Shown here: piece after piece, positions 18,126-29,210 of the stretch | How positions within the stretch are numbered: position 1 is the stretch's first letter | Layout of the letters: each line of letters opens with the position of its first letter | Program-made: the position numbers and the translations under genes | The notes under the pieces: model-generated | What the model was told of the DNA's origin: nothing | Seen by the model: the letters and a program-made list of their open reading frames with translations, nothing else | The model's database searches: none | Assembly: GCA_017405765.1 (NCBI GenBank) | Contig: JAFQZS010000005.1 | Coordinates: 25,042-89,041, forward strand | Direction: 5' to 3' | Origin: Clostridia bacterium | Lineage (GTDB): Bacteria > Bacillota > Clostridia > Oscillospirales > RGIG577 | DNA length: 64,000 bases

Positions 18126-18974
18126 CTATTTTGTTAACATGTCTGAAAGTCTTGCAAAATCCGCAAGAGACATACGCTCGCCGCGTATATCTTTATTTTT
18201 CCCCATAATTAGAAGATACTCATAAAGCTCGTTTTTGTCAAGTCCCGTCATATTGGAAAGGGCGTTTGCAAGCGTTTTTCTGCGTTGGGAGAAGGCCGCC
18301 TTTATAAGGCCGAACATATGAGCCTCGTTGTGCACAGAAACGCGGGGCTTGTCTAAAATATTCAGCCGTATTACTGCCGAATCCACGGATGGGACGGGAT
18401 AGAAATCACGTGCCGGCACGTCGAAAAGATACTCCGGCTCGCAAAAGTAGTGCACTGTAAGCGAGATCGCACCGTTATCCTTTGAATTTTCATCGGCGCA
18501 GAGACGCTTCGCCACTTCACGCTGGACCATTACGGTCAGCGCTTTAAGCGGCAGGCGCTCTTCTATGAGCCTCATTATTATCGGCGTCGTGATGTAATAC
18601 GGAAGATTTGCGCAGACGCATACTTCCATACCGGCAAATTCGCGCTCTATGAGCTCTCGTAAGTCAAGCTTCATTATATCATTGTATATGATCTTTACGT
18701 TAGGCGCGTCGGACAGCGTTTCGGAAAGTATGGGCGCAAGCTTTCTGTCTATTTCGATCGCTACCGTTTTTTCGGCTTCCTTTGAAAGCTCGCGCGTAAG
18801 GCTGCCTATGCCGGGGCCTATTTCAAGCGCTCCGCGGCCGGAGAGCTTGGCGCTTTTTGCAATATTTTTAAGAACGTCGCCGTTTATAAGAAAATTCTGG
18901 CCGTAATCTTTTTGCGCCTGAAATCCGTGGCGCCTAAGAAGTGCGCGCACCTCGTCAAAATCGCAAAGGTCCAT
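18126..18974 (-). CDS. rsmA: 16S rRNA (adenine1518/1519-N6)-dimethyltransferase
   Basis: GQNFLIN, SAM motif EIGPGIGSLT and NLPYYITTPI. Sits next to the yabE-like gene, as in Bacillus. Confidence 0.9.
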   Translation of the reverse strand: MDLCDFDEVRALLRRHGFQAQKDYGQNFLINGDVLKNIAKSAKLSGRGALEIGPGIGSLTRELSKEAEKTVAIEIDRKLAPILSETLSDAPNVKIIYNDIMKLDLRELIEREFAGMEVCVCANLPYYITTPIIMRLIEERLPLKALTVMVQREVAKRLCADENSKDNGAISLTVHYFCEPEYLFDVPARDFYPVPSVDSAVIRLNILDKPRVSVHNEAHMFGLIKAAFSQRRKTLANALSNMTGLDKNELYEYLLIMGKNKDIRGERMSLADFARLSDMLTK

Positions 18975-18985
18975 TATTTTTACCT

Positions 18986-20038
18986 CTATTCAAGAATGTA
19001 CACACGAGCGTCGCGTATACCGAAAAGAATACACTCATCCTTCGTTTCCAGGAAGAGATCTATCTTGTTTCCTTTTATCAGTCTGCCGGTATCCTCGGCA
19101 ATGCAGTAACCGTATATCCAGCTTTCACCGTCAGCGCTCTCTATGTACAGCTTGCTGCCAAGAGGTATTACGCTTGGGTCAACGGCTACGGTGCCGACCT
19201 TCGGCCATGTGCGTGTGGCGGTAACGTATCCGGTGTGCGTATAAGCCGTTGCAACTACGTCTATCGTTTTTGTATAACGCTCAATGCGTCCTTCGGAGGC
19301 AATAAGCCCGCTTGAGGCGCCGGGCGCGTCCGGCCTGTTATCGCAGACGGAGACCATACCTTCGTCTGTTTTCAGGAGTATGGCCTCGTCGGCAAGAAGC
19401 CGCTCTGTTTCAACGCCGTTCACATAATGCACCTCATACGTTGCGCGCTTTACCGCGTCGTTTAAAGAAACGGGGGTGGCGTTTTCGCTGTTTTCGCCCG
19501 CGTCAAATGTGGAAACGTCAACATTATATGTGGTGTTCAGATAATTTGTAACAGAAGGAACTATTACATCCTCTGTTTCTATCCTGACTTCTATAAAATC
19601 GACATTGAGCGTACTGCTTTCGGTCAACATTTCATCTTCGGATATCGAAAGAACATCGTCCTCATCGTAGCTTATGCCGTTATTTTCAAGGATATTTTTA
19701 ACCGTATCGGGTACGGTGCGCACAATGCGGCTTTCGCCGCCTGTTATTATTTCCACATCGAAGCTGCGGGTTATATTTATTTTTGCCTCTCTTGTTAATA
19801 GAGCGGGTGCATCGAGGACGTCGCCGTCGTTGATTATTATTCCCTCATCCTCAAGGAAGCTTTGCGTATCGCGTATATTGGTGGTATAAGTTTGAATTTT
19901 TCCGTCGTCGTTTACCGTAACGGGTATATATGTGCCCGCGTACACGTTGAAAACTATCGCACATACAGCTACGACGCCCCATACCACAATGAAGAACCAG
20001 CCTTGTCCCACAATCTTTTTTGGAAAATTAGAGCTCAT
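18986..20038 (-). CDS. YabE-like cell-wall protein (N-terminal TM anchor, DUF348/G5-like repeats, C-terminal 3D domain)
   Basis: The C-terminus VATAYTHTGYVTATRTWPKVGTVAVDPSVIPLGSKLYIE...DTGRLIKGNKIDLF is 3D/MltA-like. TM segment WFFIVVWGVVAVCAIVF. Start at 20038 (MSSNFPKK) has GGAGGAAATACC upstream. The tracked start at 20080 is rejected. Confidence 0.7.
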   Translation of the reverse strand: MSSNFPKKIVGQGWFFIVVWGVVAVCAIVFNVYAGTYIPVTVNDDGKIQTYTTNIRDTQSFLEDEGIIINDGDVLDAPALLTREAKINITRSFDVEIITGGESRIVRTVPDTVKNILENNGISYDEDDVLSISEDEMLTESSTLNVDFIEVRIETEDVIVPSVTNYLNTTYNVDVSTFDAGENSENATPVSLNDAVKRATYEVHYVNGVETERLLADEAILLKTDEGMVSVCDNRPDAPGASSGLIASEGRIERYTKTIDVVATAYTHTGYVTATRTWPKVGTVAVDPSVIPLGSKLYIESADGESWIYGYCIAEDTGRLIKGNKIDLFLETKDECILFGIRDARVYILE

Positions 20039-20231
20039 GGTATTTCCTCCTGTTTTCACAAAAACCGGGGCAAATATCAAAAATGTTTTAAGATAAAAAC
20101 AAAATTCGCCCGTTTTGATTATTATTCAAAGCGAACGAAAACAAAAAATATTAAGCTTGGAAAGGAACAAAGGAATAATAACCAAAACAACTGCCGTTTT
20201 TATATAATAATTATTTGCTGCGCATACTTCA

Positions 20232-20275
20232 AAGAATACGCCCGCCGCGCGCTGCGCGGCGAGGTATTCTTTTTT
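20232..20275 (-). terminator. Hairpin downstream of rpsI (probable terminator)
   Basis: AAGAATAC...GC-rich core...GTATTCTT. The U-rich 3' arm on the minus strand is less canonical; a T6 run follows on the plus strand. Confidence 0.5.
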
Positions 20276-20294
20276 AGCAAAAACAATCGCAAAA

Positions 20295-20696
20295 TTATCT
20301 CTTCGAGAACTGCGGCGCGCGGCGTGCTGCCTTTAAGCCGTACTTCTTTCTTTCCTTCATACGCGGATCGCGCGTGAGGAAGCCGGCCTTTTTAAGCGCC
20401 GGACGAAGCTCTGCGTCGTACTGGAGAAGCGCACGGGAAAGACCGTGTCTTATTGCGCCTGCCTGGCCGGTAAAGCCGCCGCCCGAAACCTTTGCAATAA
20501 TGTCGAACTTGCCTAAGGTATCGGTGAGCGCCAGAGGCTGGCGAACGATGAGCTTTAACGTCTCCAGACCGAAATAATCGTCGATATCTCTGTCATTTAT
20601 CGTAACATTACCGGTGCCGGGAAGGATCCTTACTCTTGCAACGGATTTCTTTCTTCTGCCGGTGCCGTAGAAATATGTCTTATCGCTTGAATACAT
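20295..20696 (-). CDS. rpsI: 30S ribosomal protein S9
   Basis: 133 aa with [12 protein letters not shown]...[19 protein letters not shown]...[25 protein letters not shown]. Confidence 0.95.
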   Translation of the reverse strand: MYSSDKTYFYGTGRRKKSVARVRILPGTGNVTINDRDIDDYFGLETLKLIVRQPLALTDTLGKFDIIAKVSGGGFTGQAGAIRHGLSRALLQYDAELRPALKKAGFLTRDPRMKERKKYGLKAARRAPQFSKR

Positions 20697-20711
20697 TTAT
20701 ATTATCCTCCC

Positions 20712-21146
20712 TTATATTTTTCCGGTGTAAAGCACGGGCTTCTGAGCTTGATGGTTATGCTCCGCGCCGCTGTATACCTTTAAGCGTCTGATGGACTTTC
20801 TGCCTATAGAATTCTTAGGGAGCATACCCCATACTGCAAGTTCAACAGCCTTTTCGGGACGGGAAGCCATAAGTCTCTTATACTGTACTTTTTTGAGACC
20901 GCCGATCCAACCGGAATGGGTGATGTAATATTTCTTTTCAAGCTTCTTGCCGGTAAGGATGACCTTATCCGCATTGATAACTATAACGTGATCGCCGCAG
21001 TCCACATAATTTGTAAAATCGACCTTGTGCTTACCTCTGAGCATCGACGCAACAACGGCCGCAACTCTGCCGAGGGGCTTGCCTGCCGCGTCAACAACGT
21101 GCCATGCGCGCTCAACGTTTTCAACTTTTGCCATAGTCGTTGACAT
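20712..21146 (-). CDS. rplM: 50S ribosomal protein L13
   Basis: 144 aa with WHVVDAAGKPLGRVAAVVASMLRGKHK...YITHSGWIGGLK. SD GGAGGA upstream. Confidence 0.95.
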   Translation of the reverse strand: MSTTMAKVENVERAWHVVDAAGKPLGRVAAVVASMLRGKHKVDFTNYVDCGDHVIVINADKVILTGKKLEKKYYITHSGWIGGLKKVQYKRLMASRPEKAVELAVWGMLPKNSIGRKSIRRLKVYSGAEHNHQAQKPVLYTGKI

Positions 21147-21236
21147 TAAAATAATCCTCCTTAAAGTTTCATCTGATTTCTGATTTATCAGGAACGCCGC
21201 ATATTACAATACGGCCTATTCTTTTAAGCATGACTT

Positions 21237-21265
21237 ATTATACATATGGTTTCTCAGCTTGTCAA
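21237..21265 (-). promoter_or_regulatory. Consensus sigma-A promoter of rplM-rpsI
   Basis: Minus strand reads TTGACA (21265-21260), 17-nt spacer, TATAAT (21242-21237). The ~84-nt leader contains a 7-bp hairpin (GCCGTAT/ATGCGGC), a possible L13 autoregulatory leader. Confidence 0.65.
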
Positions 21266-21424
21266 CACCTTTTTTCTGATTTTTTAATTTATACTGCGCG
21301 TTCTCTTAAAATCTCTCGTTTTTGCGTTATTTCTCTCTCTGGTACGTTCGCCGTTTCATATTTTTGCGGATTTTTATGGCGAGATGCGTATCTGTTTTTT
21401 GCTTATTTTCATAAAGACAGTCAC

Positions 21425-21457
21425 AAAAAAGGGGAACGAATATTCGATCGTTCCCCT
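21425..21457 (-). terminator. Intrinsic terminator after the SLH-nuclease gene
   Basis: Minus strand reads AGGGGAACGATCGAATATTCGTTCCCCT followed by TTTTTT. Confidence 0.75.
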
Positions 21458-21473
21458 ATGTTTCGTAATCTCT

Positions 21474-22997
21474 TTAAGGTTTGCACGTGCCGCACGGCTT
21501 GTATCCCTGCGATACGGCCTCGTCGCGCGTGCCGTGGAAGAATATCTTGTTCTTTTCGGCCATCGTTTTTACGCCGGGACACGACGGCAAATGAAATATA
21601 CCGGAGTTTTTGTTTATTATGTAGTCTGCATCGGCGTCGCCCGACGTGTTATTCTCCTGTACGGCCGTTTGTGCGGCCTCGGCGCTTTCCTTATCGCCTT
21701 CCTTTATGTCGTCCGAGACGGGTTTTACATAATTCGGATCGCGCTCGCTTTCTCCCGTCGCATGGTCAATTATCACGCCGGGCTGCTCGTTAAAGCAGTA
21801 TACACAGAACATGACGCCTGCGCCGTTGTCTTCAACGGAGAGCGCCTCCATAATAACGCCGCTTGCCACTAAGTTTTCGCCCTCAAAGACGGGCGTTACG
21901 CGATAGAGCACGTGATTTTTTGTTCTTTTTACGTAATTCGCAACGATATTTTCAAACGGGAGCATCCCCTCTATGTTCAAATAGCGCGTGCCGGTGATGA
22001 GGTTCTTTTCGTTTGCGTTTTCGCCCGCAAGCATGAACGCGATAAGATGGCATCTGTTGTAGAGGTATTTATCGGATATAAGGTCGTCGTAGCGGACCGT
22101 ATGCCAGCCTGTCGGCTTTATCATGCCTATTTCGCCGCGCGCCTCATCGGGCATTATATCTATGCACACGTTAGCATAGGCGGGGCCGCATCTGCCCAGC
22201 TGATCAAGGTCGCTGTAATACTCAAAGGCGGTGAGCGCGTCCGGTGAGGACGCATCAAGATCGGGCACGTTGTTATTTAAAACGGCGTAAGGCCGGCCCG
22301 CGTATTGCGGGAGCGCCGATGCGGGCGAAAGGTGACGTTTGGACACCGAAACACGCGCATCCATATCTACCGCGCGCGTGATTATAGCAGCTGCGGCCGC
22401 GCGCGTTATCTTAAGATCGGGATAAAACGTTCCTGCTTGGTCGCTTCCGTTCAATATGCCGGCGCGGTAGAGGCATTGTATCTCGGCGGCATAGGGAGTA
22501 TCCTCGCTTACGTCGGGTATATCGGAAAGGCTTACGTCATTTATTTCGGCGTAGGCCGACTGCGGCAGCGCGTTATAGAAGATATGCGCCATCTGCGCGC
22601 GCGTTGCGGGCGCAGATGGATCTGCGTATTCGCCGTCGAACGATATGCCGCTTTCGTAGGCGTATTCAAAGTAAGGCTCGTACCAAGGCTCGCCGTTTTC
22701 AAGCGTTGAGCGTCCCGTTTTATATATTTCGTTCACGCGGTCGGCCATTACGACGGCCTGCGCCACGGTGAGGCTCTCGTCAGGCGCGAAGCGTCCGTCG
22801 GGGAGACCTTCCATAAGACCGTAGGCCGAGCAGTCGTAAATGCTTTCGTAAGCCCAATGCGAGGCGGCTACGTCCGAAAATCGCACGGCGTATGTGTTAT
22901 TCTTATCGAAGTTGTTAAGTCCCGCCGCATATGCGGGCATAATGAGCACAGATATTATAAGGATCACAGCCATGATCCGAGAGATATGTTTTTTCAT
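21474..22997 (-). CDS. Secreted SLH-domain cell-wall-anchored DNA/RNA non-specific (EndA/DNA-entry-type) nuclease with C-terminal Cys/His zinc-ribbon-like tail
   Basis: Signal peptide MKKHISRIMAVILIISVLIMPAYA. Three SLH-like repeats (FSDVAASHWAYESIYDC..., PATRAQMAHIFYNAL, TPYAAEIQCLYRAGILNG...). Nuclease core LDQLGRCGPAYA...YNRCHLIAFMLAGENANEKNLITGTRYLN. Tail FHLPSCPGV...GYKPCGTCKP. Confidence 0.7.
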   Translation of the reverse strand: MKKHISRIMAVILIISVLIMPAYAAGLNNFDKNNTYAVRFSDVAASHWAYESIYDCSAYGLMEGLPDGRFAPDESLTVAQAVVMADRVNEIYKTGRSTLENGEPWYEPYFEYAYESGISFDGEYADPSAPATRAQMAHIFYNALPQSAYAEINDVSLSDIPDVSEDTPYAAEIQCLYRAGILNGSDQAGTFYPDLKITRAAAAAIITRAVDMDARVSVSKRHLSPASALPQYAGRPYAVLNNNVPDLDASSPDALTAFEYYSDLDQLGRCGPAYANVCIDIMPDEARGEIGMIKPTGWHTVRYDDLISDKYLYNRCHLIAFMLAGENANEKNLITGTRYLNIEGMLPFENIVANYVKRTKNHVLYRVTPVFEGENLVASGVIMEALSVEDNGAGVMFCVYCFNEQPGVIIDHATGESERDPNYVKPVSDDIKEGDKESAEAAQTAVQENNTSGDADADYIINKNSGIFHLPSCPGVKTMAEKNKIFFHGTRDEAVSQGYKPCGTCKP

Positions 22998-23039
22998 TTT
23001 TATCCTCCGAAGTTTGTTTGGGGCGGCGACGCCAAGGTC

Positions 23040-23068
23040 AAGTTAGCATATTTGCGGCGTCGTGTCAA
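23040..23068 (-). promoter_or_regulatory. Candidate promoter of the SLH-nuclease gene
   Basis: Minus strand reads TTGACA (23068-23063), 17 nt, then TGcTAACTT (-10 at 23045-23040). Confidence 0.35.
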
Positions 23069-23161
23069 TGTATGGGTGATACGCTGCGCTTGACTTTCAC
23101 GAAAGGCAGGCATTTTTTATGACATTGGTTCTAAAAAATGCGCGCAGCGCCGCGTTTTCCC

Positions 23162-23190
23162 TTGAAAAATATAAAGTATTGCTTTATTAT
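23162..23190 (+). promoter_or_regulatory. Candidate promoter of trmL (and possibly the glycolytic genes)
   Basis: TTGAAA (23162-23167), 17 nt, TATTAT (23185-23190). Confidence 0.4.
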
Positions 23191-23232
23191 ATAAATATCA
23201 GAGTTTTTTTAAAAGAGAAAGTCGTAATTTAT

Positions 23233-23727
23233 ATGAATATCGTTCTTATTGAGCCCGAAATACCGCAAAATACGGGCAATATCGCGCGTACCTGCGCCGC
23301 GACACATACTCCGCTGCATATAGTGAAGCCGATGGGATTTACCGTAGACGACAAAAAATTAAAGCGGGCAGGTCTCGATTACTGGTACATGCTTGACATA
23401 ACATATTACGAAAATTATGCACAGTTTTACGAAAGCCATAAGGACTGCGAGCTTCATTTCTTTACAACAAAGGGTAAGCGCGTCCATTCCGATGTAAAAT
23501 ACGGGCCGGACGCCTATCTTATTTTCGGCAAGGAGACGGCGGGCATAGACGAGCATATATTAAAAGAAAATATGCATCGATGCGCGCGTATACCCATGTA
23601 CGGCGAGGCGCGAAGCCTTAACCTTTCGAACAGTGTTGCCGTGGCGCTTTACGAGGCGCTCAGGCAGAATGATTATGCGGGATTAAAACTTAAAGGTAAG
23701 CTTCATAATATAGAAGACGACGATTAA
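23233..23727 (+). CDS. trmL: tRNA (cytidine/uridine34-2'-O)-methyltransferase (SpoU/TrmL family)
   Basis: MNIVLIEPEIPQNTGNIARTCAAT and LIFGKETAGI...IPMYGEARSLNLSNSVAVALYEAL. The internal ATG at 23233 is preferred over the tracked 23119 start. Confidence 0.85.
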   Translation: MNIVLIEPEIPQNTGNIARTCAATHTPLHIVKPMGFTVDDKKLKRAGLDYWYMLDITYYENYAQFYESHKDCELHFFTTKGKRVHSDVKYGPDAYLIFGKETAGIDEHILKENMHRCARIPMYGEARSLNLSNSVAVALYEALRQNDYAGLKLKGKLHNIEDDD

Positions 23728-23754
23728 AAGATAAAAGAAGGAGCGTGGAAAAAT

Positions 23755-24942
23755 ATGAGTAAAAAAAGCATCAGAGATATCGATGTTGCCGGCAAAAAGG
23801 TGCTTGTGCGCTGTGATTTCAACGTGCCGCTCAGCAAGACCGACGGAACGATATCTGACGACAAGCGTATACGCGAGAGCCTGCCTACGATAAAGCATCT
23901 GCTTTCGCAGAACGCGCGTGTTATCCTGTGCTCGCATATGGGACGTCCCAAGGGCGAGAAAAACGAAAAGTATACTTTAAAACCGGTGGCAGAGCGTCTT
24001 TCCGAGATGCTGGGCTTTGAGGTGCCGCTTGCATCCGATGTAATAGGCGAAGAGGTGACCGCTCTTATAGATGCGCTGGAACCGGGACGCGCCGTGCTCC
24101 TTGAAAACGTGCGCTTTTATAAAGAGGAAGAAAAGAACGACCCCGCATTTGCAAAGGCGCTTGCCGATATGGCTGAAATATACGTAAACGACGCTTTCGG
24201 CACGGCTCACCGCGCTCACGCTTCCACTGCCGGAGTGGCGGCTTACCTGCCTGCGGTATGCGGTTTCCTTATTGAAAAAGAGCTTTCCGTTATAGGCGGC
24301 GCAATAAGCGATCCCAAGCGCCCGTTCGTAGCTATCTTGGGCGGCGCGAAGGTTTCCGATAAGATAGGCGTTATCGACAATCTTTTAAATATTGCCGACG
24401 CCGTAATAATAGGCGGAGGCATGGCGTATACCTTCCTTAAAGCACAGGGGCTTGAGATAGGAAAATCGCTTTGCGACGATGAGCGCATAGACGTGGCGAA
24501 AAAGGCTATAGAGAAGGCGAAAGAGAAGGGCGTAAAATTCTATATGCCGATAGATGTGGTATGCGCAAGCGAGATATCCGACGACGCAGAGGCGAAGACT
24601 TACGACGCGGACAAGATACCTGCGGATCTCATGGGCCTCGATATAGGCGAAAAGACGATAAAATTATACGAGGACGTTATAAAGGGCGCGAAGACCGTTA
24701 TATGGAACGGTCCTATGGGCGTTTTTGAGGTTGAGAAATTTGCAAACGGAACGCGCGCCGTGGCAAACGCCATGGCCGCTTCAGACGCCATAACCATAAT
24801 CGGCGGCGGCGACAGCGCGTCGGCGGCAGGCAAAATGGGTATCGCCGCAAAGATGACGCATATATCCACGGGCGGCGGCGCAACGCTTGAATACCTTGAG
24901 GGTATAGAGCTTCCCGGTATCGCCGCGCTTAATGATAAATAG
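23755..24942 (+). CDS. pgk: Phosphoglycerate kinase
   Basis: 395 aa with [27 protein letters not shown] and [13 protein letters not shown]. Confidence 0.95.
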   Translation: MSKKSIRDIDVAGKKVLVRCDFNVPLSKTDGTISDDKRIRESLPTIKHLLSQNARVILCSHMGRPKGEKNEKYTLKPVAERLSEMLGFEVPLASDVIGEEVTALIDALEPGRAVLLENVRFYKEEEKNDPAFAKALADMAEIYVNDAFGTAHRAHASTAGVAAYLPAVCGFLIEKELSVIGGAISDPKRPFVAILGGAKVSDKIGVIDNLLNIADAVIIGGGMAYTFLKAQGLEIGKSLCDDERIDVAKKAIEKAKEKGVKFYMPIDVVCASEISDDAEAKTYDADKIPADLMGLDIGEKTIKLYEDVIKGAKTVIWNGPMGVFEVEKFANGTRAVANAMAASDAITIIGGGDSASAAGKMGIAAKMTHISTGGGATLEYLEGIELPGIAALNDK

Positions 24943-25028
24943 AGAGTGAAATATAAGCGGGCGGACTTTTAAAGTTCGTCCGCCATGCCGTTTTACGGCG
25001 TTTATATACTTTGCTGCGGAGGGGAAAC

Positions 25029-25790
25029 ATGGAGAACAAAAGGAAAAAGCTCATTGCAGGCAACTGGAAGATGAACAAAACGTACGATGATGCAAAAACG
25101 CTTCTTTCGGAACTTGCCGTACTGAAATCGCCGCCGTGCGACGTGGCGGTATGCGTACCGTTTATTTACATAAAAGAAGCGGCCGATATAATGAAGGACG
25201 CCGCAGTTTCGGTAGGAGCGCAGAATGTGTGCAATAAAGAGAGCGGCGCATATACGGGCGAAGTGTCGGCGCCTCAGCTTTCATCGGTCGGCGCAAAGTA
25301 CGTTATCATAGGACACTCCGAGCGGCGCGCATACTACGGCGAGACTGACAAAAGCGTGAACGAAAAGATAAAGATCGCGCTTGAGCACGGCCTTTTCCCG
25401 ATAGTCTGCGTAGGCGAGACGCTCGAAATGCGCGAGCAGGGCATAACGGGAGAGCATATAAGCATACAGGTAAAGCTTGCGCTTTCGGGAATTGCGAAGG
25501 ACGATATGAAGCGTATCACCATAGCTTATGAGCCGATATGGGCTATAGGCACGGGCAAGACGGCCACTCCCGACGAGGCCGAGGAGGTATGCGCCCTGAT
25601 ACGCGGCGTTCTTCAGTCGCTTTACGGCGCAGATACGGCCGAGGCGACGCGCATACTTTACGGCGGCTCGATGAACGCGAAGAATGCGGCCGAGCTTTTG
25701 AAAAAGCCCGACATCGACGGGGGACTTATCGGCGGTGCGTCATTAAAGAGCGCCGACTTTTTAAAGATTGTTGAGGCGGGCAGATCGTGA
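25029..25790 (+). CDS. tpiA: Triosephosphate isomerase
   Basis: LIAGNWKMN, IIGHSERR, AYEPIWAIGTG and YGGS. ATG at 25029 has GGAGGGG upstream. Confidence 0.95.
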   Translation: MENKRKKLIAGNWKMNKTYDDAKTLLSELAVLKSPPCDVAVCVPFIYIKEAADIMKDAAVSVGAQNVCNKESGAYTGEVSAPQLSSVGAKYVIIGHSERRAYYGETDKSVNEKIKIALEHGLFPIVCVGETLEMREQGITGEHISIQVKLALSGIAKDDMKRITIAYEPIWAIGTGKTATPDEAEEVCALIRGVLQSLYGADTAEATRILYGGSMNAKNAAELLKKPDIDGGLIGGASLKSADFLKIVEAGRS

Positions 25791-27313
25791 ATACAGGCGA
25801 AAAAAAGAAAATAAATCCCGTAATGCTGATAATAATGGACGGCTACGGGTTGAATGAAGAGGAAAACGGAAATGCGATAAAGGCGGCATATACTCCGTGT
25901 CTTGACAAGCTGTTTTCAAAGTATCCTCACAGTGAGCTTCAGGCGTCGGGCCTTGCGGTCGGACTGCCCGAAGGCCAGATGGGCAACAGCGAGGTGGGAC
26001 ATACTAACATAGGCGCGGGACGCGTAGTATATCAGGAGCTTACACGCATAACGAAAGCCATAGACGACGGCGTTTTTTTTGACAACGACGCATTGAGAAG
26101 CGCTGTGTTGAGAGCAAAAATAAAAGAACAGACTCTGCACATTATGGGCCTTTTGTCCGACGGCGGCGTGCACAGCCATATAACGCACCTTTACGCGATC
26201 TTAAGGCTTGCAAAGCGTTTAGAGTTAAGGGACGTTGCAGTGCATTGCTTTTTGGACGGACGTGACGTGCCCCCGAAGAGCGCGGCGGCTTACATTGCCC
26301 AACTTGAAAAAATGATAAAAAAGATAGGCGTGGGTCGCATCGCCACGATAAGCGGCAGATATTACGCAATGGACCGCGACAACCGATTTGAGCGCTTAAA
26401 GCTTGCTTACGATGCGCTCGTATACGGGAAGGGAAAGCATGCCCGGACGCCTTTAGAAGCAATAGAAGCTTCATATGCGGACGACGTGACGGACGAATTC
26501 GTTATCCCGTGTGTGATAGGCGCGCCCATGCGAATAGCCGAGGGCGATTCCGTTATATTTTATAACTTCCGCCCCGACAGGGCAAGAGAAATCACGCGCG
26601 CGCTGGTCGATCCCGATTTTGCCGGTTTTGAATGCGAGCGGCTCGATCTTAATTACGTCTGCATGACGCAGTACGATGCGCTTATCCCGAATGTGCGGGT
26701 GGCCTTTCCGCCCGAGAGCCTTCATAATACGCTGGGACAGTACGTTTCAAAACAGGGCATAGACCAGTTCCGCATAGCGGAAACGGAGAAATACGCTCAC
26801 GTTACGTTTTTCTTAAACGGAGGCGTGGAAGCGCCGTATGCCGGCGAGGACAGGAAGCTTATCGCGTCGCCCAAGGTTGCGACTTACGACATGCAGCCGC
26901 GCATGAGCGCGCCTGAGGTCACATATGAGGCGAAACGGCGCATAGAGATAAAAAAGTACGGCCTGATAGTCTTGAATTTTGCAAATTGCGACATGGTAGG
27001 ACATACGGGAGTTTTTTCTGCGGCTGTTGAGGCTGTGTCATGCGTGGACAGCTGTTTGAACGAGATCGTGCCTACGGCTCTGGAAAACGGCTACACGCTT
27101 ATGATAACGGCAGATCACGGAAACTGCGACAGGATGTACGATACGGACGGTTCGCCTTTTACGGCGCATACGACGAACCCCGTTCCGCTCATTGTAACAA
27201 GAGAGGATATCTCGCTCAAAGACGGCCGCTTATGCGATATCGCGCCTACGCTGCTTACGCTGATGGGGCTTGAGATACCTCCGGAAATGACAGGCGAATG
27301 CTTAATAAAATAA
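25787..27313 (+). CDS. gpmI: 2,3-bisphosphoglycerate-independent phosphoglycerate mutase
   Basis: 508 aa with MIIMDGYG, GNSEVGHTNIGAGR, SDGGVHSH and TADHGN. GTG start overlaps the tpiA stop (GTGA). Confidence 0.95.
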   Translation: MNTGEKKKINPVMLIIMDGYGLNEEENGNAIKAAYTPCLDKLFSKYPHSELQASGLAVGLPEGQMGNSEVGHTNIGAGRVVYQELTRITKAIDDGVFFDNDALRSAVLRAKIKEQTLHIMGLLSDGGVHSHITHLYAILRLAKRLELRDVAVHCFLDGRDVPPKSAAAYIAQLEKMIKKIGVGRIATISGRYYAMDRDNRFERLKLAYDALVYGKGKHARTPLEAIEASYADDVTDEFVIPCVIGAPMRIAEGDSVIFYNFRPDRAREITRALVDPDFAGFECERLDLNYVCMTQYDALIPNVRVAFPPESLHNTLGQYVSKQGIDQFRIAETEKYAHVTFFLNGGVEAPYAGEDRKLIASPKVATYDMQPRMSAPEVTYEAKRRIEIKKYGLIVLNFANCDMVGHTGVFSAAVEAVSCVDSCLNEIVPTALENGYTLMITADHGNCDRMYDTDGSPFTAHTTNPVPLIVTREDISLKDGRLCDIAPTLLTLMGLEIPPEMTGECLIK

Positions 27314-27334
27314 TAAAATAATAAAATAATATAA

Positions 27335-28666
<1,332 letters not shown>

Positions 28667-28714
28667 GGCGATTTGACAAAAAGAGCGCTAAAGCGCTCTA
28701 AGACTGAAGATAAA

Positions 28715-28740
28715 GGGTCACAGAAATGTGGCCCTTTTCT
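28715..28740 (+). terminator. Intrinsic terminator after eno
   Basis: GGGTCACA-GAAA-TGTGGCCC followed by TTTTCT. A second hairpin at 28682-28699 has no U-run. Confidence 0.65.
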
Positions 28741-28946
28741 CATAAAAAGGCATTTACTCATAAACGCGGGGCGTTTTTTAGAGCGTGTTCTTATATTTCA
28801 AAAAAATAATAAACAGATTTTTTAAATTTTTATTAAATATATGCTTGCATAAATCAATACTTTATGATATCCTTTACTTTGCGCTATCAGTTTATTTATG
28901 TTTAAAATCAAAAAATAACAGTATAATATAATATGGAGGAAAGAAA

Positions 28947-29189
28947 ATGACCACTCTTCAAATCGTAATGGGTATAGTGCAGATAGTGCTCTGCGTTTTA
29001 CTTATCGCTATAATCCTTCTGCAGTCGTCCAAAACGGCGGGTCTTGCCGGCACGATAGGCGGCGGTGCAGAGACGTTTTTCGGAAAGAACAAGCAGAACA
29101 CGCTCGATGCAAAGCTTCATAAGTTTACATCGGTATGCGCTATTGTATACGTTGTCATAACGCTCATACTCGTATTTATTGCGGTATGA
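28947..29189 (+). CDS. secG: Preprotein translocase subunit SecG
   Basis: 80 aa, two TM segments, LLIAIILLQSSKTAGLAGTIGGG. SD GGAGGA upstream. Sits upstream of rnr, as in Bacillus. Confidence 0.85.
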   Translation: MTTLQIVMGIVQIVLCVLLIAIILLQSSKTAGLAGTIGGGAETFFGKNKQNTLDAKLHKFTSVCAIVYVVITLILVFIAV

Positions 29190-29210
29190 TGATATAATAC
29201 GGAGGTTCCT

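Noticed and set aside
21230-21872. Two overlapping plus-strand ORFs (187 and 162 aa), Arg/Cys-rich
   Set aside because: They are antisense to the SLH-nuclease gene and run through the rplM promoter and the nuclease terminator. Their composition is that of GC-rich antisense frames.
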